Shown here one piece after another: positions 62,183-64,000 of a DNA stretch of 64,000 nucleotides. The position numbers and the translations under genes are program-made. This DNA comes from Vicugna vicugna. Taxonomy: Eukaryota. The notes below the pieces were generated by a model. That model searched no databases. It had not been told where the DNA came from and worked only from the letters and a program-made list of their open reading frames with translations. The stretch's first letter is position 1. Every line of letters begins with the position of its first letter. Location of the stretch: NCBI GenBank assembly GCA_013265495.1, contig MU062948.1, forward strand, positions 434,001 through 498,000, read 5' to 3'.

Positions 62183-62745
62183 ATGGTAACTAGAGTTAAT
62201 GTGGTGAAATGTACAGAAATATCAAATCATTATGTTGTGTAACAGGAACTAACATAGCATTGTAGGTCAGTTATACTTCAGAAGCAAACAAACTCATAGG
62301 AAAAGAGATCCAATTTGTGGTTAACAGAGGCAGAGGGTGGAGGGGATATTGGATGGAGGTGGTCAAATGGTACAAACTTCCGTTTATAAGATAAATAAGT
62401 ACTAGGGATGTAAAGTACAATACGATAAATATAATTAGCATTGTTGTATGTTATATATGAAAGTTTTTATGTGAGTAAATCCTGAGAGCTCTCATCACAA
62501 GGAAAAAAGATCTCTTTTCTATTTCTTTAATTTTGTGTCTGTATGAGACAATGGATGTTCACTAAACTTGTGGTCATCATCACATGATGTATGTAAGTCA
62601 AATCATTCTGCTGTACACTTTAAACTTTTACAGTGCTGTATGTCAATTATATCTCAGTAACACTGAAAGAAAAAAAAGAAAAATAAATAAATAATGCAAA
62701 AATATTTTTAAAAGAAAAGAAAAAGAAAAGAAAGTAGACCAGTTA
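62183..62745 (+). mobile_element. Cetartiodactyla-type L1 3' UTR with A-rich tail
   Basis: aatcattatgttgtgtaacaggaactaacatag...gtacaaacttccgtttataagataaataagtactagggatgt...gtatgtcaattatatctc; flanking gaccaattag / gaccagttag TSD-like. Confidence 0.85.
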
Positions 62746-63447
62746 GAAAGTCAAATGTAGTGGTTGCAAACAATGGCTTGGTGATGTAAAGTCCTGAATC
62801 CTGATTCCACATGGACCAAGTTATGGGAACTGTTGAATCAGCCATCTTAAAGGCATCACTGGGTTCCTAGCATCTTTTTCCTATGACCTGCAGCCAAATG
62901 ATGGGAGAAGTTTGACTCAGTCTTAGGTGGCTATGCCTAACTTCATGTTGCACATTCCTTGGGAAACTTGTCAGCCCAAGACCTATTCTTTGGTGCATGG
63001 CCTTTATTTACTGGCTTGGCTTCCTTCCCTGGGGAGTGGTCTGTCTGGTTCTCTCGCCCCAGACGCACCAGGGTTGATCTGGCTCAAAACCACCCACAAG
63101 TCTGAACAGGGCCTTGCAAACCACCTCTGACTTCACAGCCCACAGTCCCACGCCGTGGGAGGTGGGCTGCGTCTGGGCTTGCTCAAGTCTGGGAACTGCA
63201 ACATCTGGGTGGAGCCCACTCAGCCCAAACCCTGCTCAGGGTTGGGCACAAACCTCAGACATTGGGCTCCGGCTGGGAGGTGGCCCCCAGAATTTCCAGA
63301 GGGGAAGGCTTTTGGAGCATGCAGGCAGCGGGCAGGGTGGGAAAGGAAAGGTGGTCTCTGTTTCCTGGGGGCGTGTGAGCAACTCCTAGAAAGTGAGGGT
63401 GTTGAGCAAAAACATGGTGCCCAGGGTGGTGGTTAAGAGGCTAAGCG

Positions 63448-63740
63448 GTGTCCTGGGTTGGGAGGGGCTCTCCAAAGCAGACCCTGAAAAGAAGGTTCAA
63501 GTGCAGGTGACTCACTGAGGAAGCACTCCCAGGAAAAACCCGAGTGGGAAAGAGAGACATGGGACAAGGAAGAGGAAGATGCTAAACAAGAGATTGACCT
63601 TAAACTTAGAGAATCTTCATCCTTTGGAAGGATGGAGTGATTTCCTGCAAAGCCCCAGCCTTGTCCTAACCCCCAAGGGGACTGCTGGAGTATAATTTTG
63701 CCTTCAGAGTTTGTGCCATCAGGAGAAGCAGGGCCCTCAC
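63448..63740 (-). mobile_element. LTR16/33/41-class ERVL LTR fragment
   Basis: tgtcctgggtt...ctccaaagcagaccctgaaaagaaggttcaagtgcaggtg. Confidence 0.55.
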
Positions 63741-64000
63741 ACTCCCACCCTTAGGCATTTGGCTAAGGGCTGCCTCAGGACATAAGCTCCCAAGCACTTC
63801 CTGTGGGCAAATCCCAAGGGCAAGTTTGGGACGAGAGCTTCAGGTTCAATCAGCAGCAAAGACACTAGACACGGGGGATCAGTGCTCAGAAACTGTAAAA
63901 GGGACTCAGTCACAGGGGTCTGGGACAGGTAGCGTTGGGCTAAATTATACTTACGTGCCTCTGTGACCAAGGGCAGATTACTTCATCCAGTTGACAGTCT

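Overview
Mammalian genomic DNA, almost certainly camelid (alpaca/llama/camel). The evidence is a tRNA-derived Vic-1-type SINE at ~59.96 kb, camelid-type young L1 3' ends and older Cetartiodactyla-type L1 3' UTRs. The window is dense in interspersed repeats: MIR, L2, L1 of several ages, MaLR/ERVL/ERV1 solo LTRs, and MER8/MER20/MER5/MER63/MER82/MER91 DNA transposons. It has seven N-gaps, and the long ones mostly lie in L1 sequence. I recognise no known protein-coding gene; the only ORFs with clear homology are dead L1 ORF1/ORF2 fragments. There is no rRNA, true tRNA or CRISPR. The best unexplained structures are: (i) an old ~200-bp inverted local duplication (27.8 kb vs 30.9-31.1 kb) pasted into an L1; (ii) a small CpG-rich CRE/ETS/NRF1-like promoter abutting an ERV1-like solo LTR with a 23-bp-period CCAAT array and two octamers, with a GTAAGT donor exactly at the LTR junction; (iii) a series of minus-strand exon-like segments from ~61.2 kb to a poly(A) signal at 4.68 kb, some of which join into a 212-aa ORF with a signal-peptide-like N-terminus (low confidence; a lncRNA or chance is as likely); and (iv) retro-insertions with apparent 3' transductions. 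Repeat family names come from recalled consensus sequences, not a database search, and repeat boundaries are approximate.
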